A stretch of 42,574 nucleotides of DNA from a virus (Duplodnaviria > Heunggongvirae > Uroviricota > Caudoviricetes): IMG/VR virus record IMGVR_UViG_2675903468_000002, positions 1 through 42,574 of that record. The stretch is one strand, 5' to 3'. The translations under genes and the position numbers were made by a program. Below are positions 40,197 through 42,574 of the stretch, in pieces. The stretch's first letter is position 1, and each line of letters starts with the position of its first letter. The notes beneath the pieces were generated by a model that was not told the origin of the DNA, ran no database searches, and worked only from the letters and a program-made list of their open reading frames with translations.

Positions 40197-40568
40197 ATGA
40201 ACACCCAGAATACTCAACCGCAAATAATGAACTATGACCCGAATCTGACGTCATGCGGACGCATGGCAAAACAAACCGTTCGATTAACTTTCGGACTATG
40301 GGAATACCGCGAAACATTCGAAGTTACTGTCGGCGGCAATCTGACCGGACTGGATGTTATCAGTTGCGCTATTGAAAGCCTGTACGCAACGCTACCTTAT
40401 GAAGAAGTCGAGGATGAGCGCACAGGGGAAACAGATATCATGGCCACCATTAATATTGGCGAACTGATATGTCAGGATGAAGACCTGTCCGGAGAACTCT
40501 GGCTTGCCGGGATGCTTATCTCAGCAGAAATTATCAGTATTGAACCCGCTACAAACATACGGCTCTGA
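40197..40568 (+). CDS. Hypothetical acidic protein (123 aa)
   Basis: Start chosen at second ATG, 7 nt after AAGGGAA; no recognisable motif. Confidence 0.5.
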   Translation: MNTQNTQPQIMNYDPNLTSCGRMAKQTVRLTFGLWEYRETFEVTVGGNLTGLDVISCAIESLYATLPYEEVEDERTGETDIMATINIGELICQDEDLSGELWLAGMLISAEIISIEPATNIRL

Positions 40569-40599
40569 AGTTCTCACTATTCAGAGAGCAGGAGAAAAA

Positions 40600-40842
40600 A
40601 TGTTTGCTTTGATTAATCAGGGACAACTGTATACCGACAGTGCCGGTTACCCGGTAAAAATTATTCGCTGTATAAATAACACCGTGTTGTACAGAAGAAT
40701 GGATGGGCGAACACAATCGGTAAAAATGAACGATTTTAATGAATCGTTTGAACGGATCGATCACCAGGAATACCGACAAATTCTGGCAGAAACAGAGCAG
40801 GAAGCTCATCTGAAAAAATTACGAGCCATGAAAAGGAAGTAG
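40600..40842 (+). CDS. Small hypothetical protein (80 aa)
   Basis: AGGAGA RBS; MFALINQGQLYTDSAGYPVKIIRC... Confidence 0.5.
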   Translation: MFALINQGQLYTDSAGYPVKIIRCINNTVLYRRMDGRTQSVKMNDFNESFERIDHQEYRQILAETEQEAHLKKLRAMKRK

Positions 40843-40845
40843 CGA

Positions 40846-40992
40846 ATGAATAAAGCGTTTGAGCTATGGGTACGCCAGCGTTACGGCAATCGTTATGACC
40901 TGACGCGAGATGTTGACGGTTTCTACTGCCGTGAAGTTGTGAAACGAATGTTTGAGGTGTGGTGCCACTGCCGTGGGCTGAAAGTTTTATGA
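40846..40992 (+). CDS. Very small ORF (48 aa), hypothetical
   Basis: Starts 4 nt after upstream stop; MNKAFELWVRQRYGNRYDLTRDVDGFYCREVVKRMFEVWCHCRGLKVL. Confidence 0.3.
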   Translation: MNKAFELWVRQRYGNRYDLTRDVDGFYCREVVKRMFEVWCHCRGLKVL

Positions 40993-40999
40993 GGTTGAC

Positions 41000-41254
41000 A
41001 TGCAGACAATCATCTATCAAATAACACCAAGTAAATGGTGTACAGAAAGCACCCTCATTGCTTCGACAGGGCTAAAACCAGGCACCATTGAGCGAGCCAG
41101 GAAAAAATCATGGCTACAGGGGAAAGAATATCGACATTACGCTGTCGATGGAATTCCGAAGAGCAACAGTGAATGCGTATACAACATAGAGGAAATTATG
41201 CGCTGGATCGAAAATCAGAAACAACCAGGTGTTAAAAATGCAAGTTCCGGTTAA
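41000..41254 (+). CDS. xis: Excisionase-like protein
   Basis: 84-aa basic protein immediately upstream of and co-oriented with the integrase; GAGG RBS. Confidence 0.5.
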   Translation: MQTIIYQITPSKWCTESTLIASTGLKPGTIERARKKSWLQGKEYRHYAVDGIPKSNSECVYNIEEIMRWIENQKQPGVKNASSG

Positions 41255-41287
41255 CCTGTTAATGCTCCTGGACGTCTGGGAGGTTTA

Positions 41288-42574
41288 ATGAGTAATACAT
41301 CATACCCAACAGGCGTTGAAAATCATGGCGGATCACTCCGCATATGGTTTCACTATAACGGCAAACGTGTCAGAGAAAACCTCGGTGTTCCTGACACCGC
41401 CAAAAACCGGAAAATCGCAGGTGACCTCCGCACTTCCGTTTGTTTTGCAATCAGAATGGGGAGTTTCGACTATGCAGCACAGTTCCCTGAGTCCCCTAAC
41501 CTGAAACACTTTGGTCTGGGGAAAAGAGAGATAACCATTAAAGCACTTTCGGAAAGATGGCTTGAACTGAAGAAAATAGAGATTTGTGCAAATGCACTTA
41601 ACCGTTACCAGTCAGTAATTAAAAACATGTTGCCAATGTTAGGTGAAAAAAGACTGGTTTCATCTGTAACAAAAGAGGATTTGCTTTTCGTAAGGAGAGA
41701 TCTGTTGACCGGTTATCAAAAGCTTTCTAACGGAAAAATTTCTTCCATAAAAGGACGCTCAGTGGTCACAGTAAACTACTATATGACAACCATAGCTGGA
41801 ATGTTTCAATTTGCAACAGATAATGGTTATACATCAGGAAATCCATTTAACGGTCTGACACCATTAAAAAAGTCCAAGATAGAACCAGATCCCCTCACCC
41901 GTGACGAATTTATTCGTTTTATTGAGGCTTGCCGTCATCAACAAACAAAAAACCTGTGGATTATCGCTGTATACACGGGTATTCGTCACGGGGAGCTGGT
42001 ATCACTGGCCTGGGAAGATATAGACCTTAAAGCGAGGACTATAACCATCCGCCGGAATTATACAAAACTAGGCGAATTCACTCCACCAAAAACTGATGCT
42101 GGTACCGGAAGAACGATTCATCTAGTTCAACCAGCTATTGATGCTCTTAAAAGCCAAGCGGAAATGACCATGCTTGGAAAACAGCATTCTGTAGAGGTAA
42201 AGCAGAGGGAATATGGGAGAAGTACTGTGCATAAATGCACTTTTGTTTTTAGTCCTCAGGTAATAAAACAGCGGCAGTTTTCCGGACCGCACTATAAGGT
42301 TGACTCCATCAGGGAGTCATGGACAAGTATCTTAAAACGCGCAGGTCTGAGACACAGAAAATCGTATCAATCCAGGCATACCTATGCATGCTGGTCACTT
42401 GCCGCAGGAGCTAATCCTAGTTTTATCGCAAGCCAGATGGGCCACACAAACGCACAAATGGTATTCAATGTTTACGGAGCATGGATGAAAGACAACAATC
42501 ACGAACAAATAGAACTTCTTAACAGAAGACTATCTGAAAGTGTCCCATGCATGCCCCATAAGAAAGCGGGGTAA
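41288..42574 (+). CDS. int: Tyrosine-type site-specific integrase
   Basis: 428 aa; catalytic-domain motifs including GIRHGEL (Arg), HxxR-type RHTYACW and the tyrosine in VFNVYGAWM; stop codon is the last 3 nt of the window. Confidence 0.9.
   Translation: MSNTSYPTGVENHGGSLRIWFHYNGKRVRENLGVPDTAKNRKIAGDLRTSVCFAIRMGSFDYAAQFPESPNLKHFGLGKREITIKALSERWLELKKIEICANALNRYQSVIKNMLPMLGEKRLVSSVTKEDLLFVRRDLLTGYQKLSNGKISSIKGRSVVTVNYYMTTIAGMFQFATDNGYTSGNPFNGLTPLKKSKIEPDPLTRDEFIRFIEACRHQQTKNLWIIAVYTGIRHGELVSLAWEDIDLKARTITIRRNYTKLGEFTPPKTDAGTGRTIHLVQPAIDALKSQAEMTMLGKQHSVEVKQREYGRSTVHKCTFVFSPQVIKQRQFSGPHYKVDSIRESWTSILKRAGLRHRKSYQSRHTYACWSLAAGANPSFIASQMGHTNAQMVFNVYGAWMKDNNHEQIELLNRRLSESVPCMPHKKAG

Noticed and set aside
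39817-40317. 166-aa minus-strand ORF
   Set aside because: Antisense to the SPFH gene; Ser/Ala/Arg-rich shadow ORF.

Overview
The whole 42.6-kb window is one lambda-type (lambdoid) prophage in inverted orientation; E. coli origin is inferred from close protein matches to phage lambda and DLP12. The late genes run on the minus strand, from a partial side tail fiber gene at the left edge through the tail and head modules (J, H, E, portal, terminase A/Nu1 and the rest) to a lambda-like cos site near 22.1-22.2 kb. Beyond cos lie an atypical lysis cassette, a cargo island with an orphan DNA methyltransferase, a plus-strand NmpC/Lc-type porin gene, antiterminator Q, a DnaB/DnaC-like/O-like replication module, an Ant-Lar-Rha accessory block and a cro-like/cI immunity switch. 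The plus-strand early-left operon carries no N, cIII or recombination genes but a block of small unknown genes plus a membrane SPFH module, ending in xis-like and integrase genes at the right edge. All identifications rest on reading the translations and recalled reference sequences; no database search or computation was run. The best candidates for undescribed biology are the early-left accessory island (37.3-41.0 kb), the methyltransferase/TerB-like island between Q and the lysis genes, and the lysis cassette lacking a canonical spanin. No CRISPR array, tRNA/rRNA gene or transposase was recognised.
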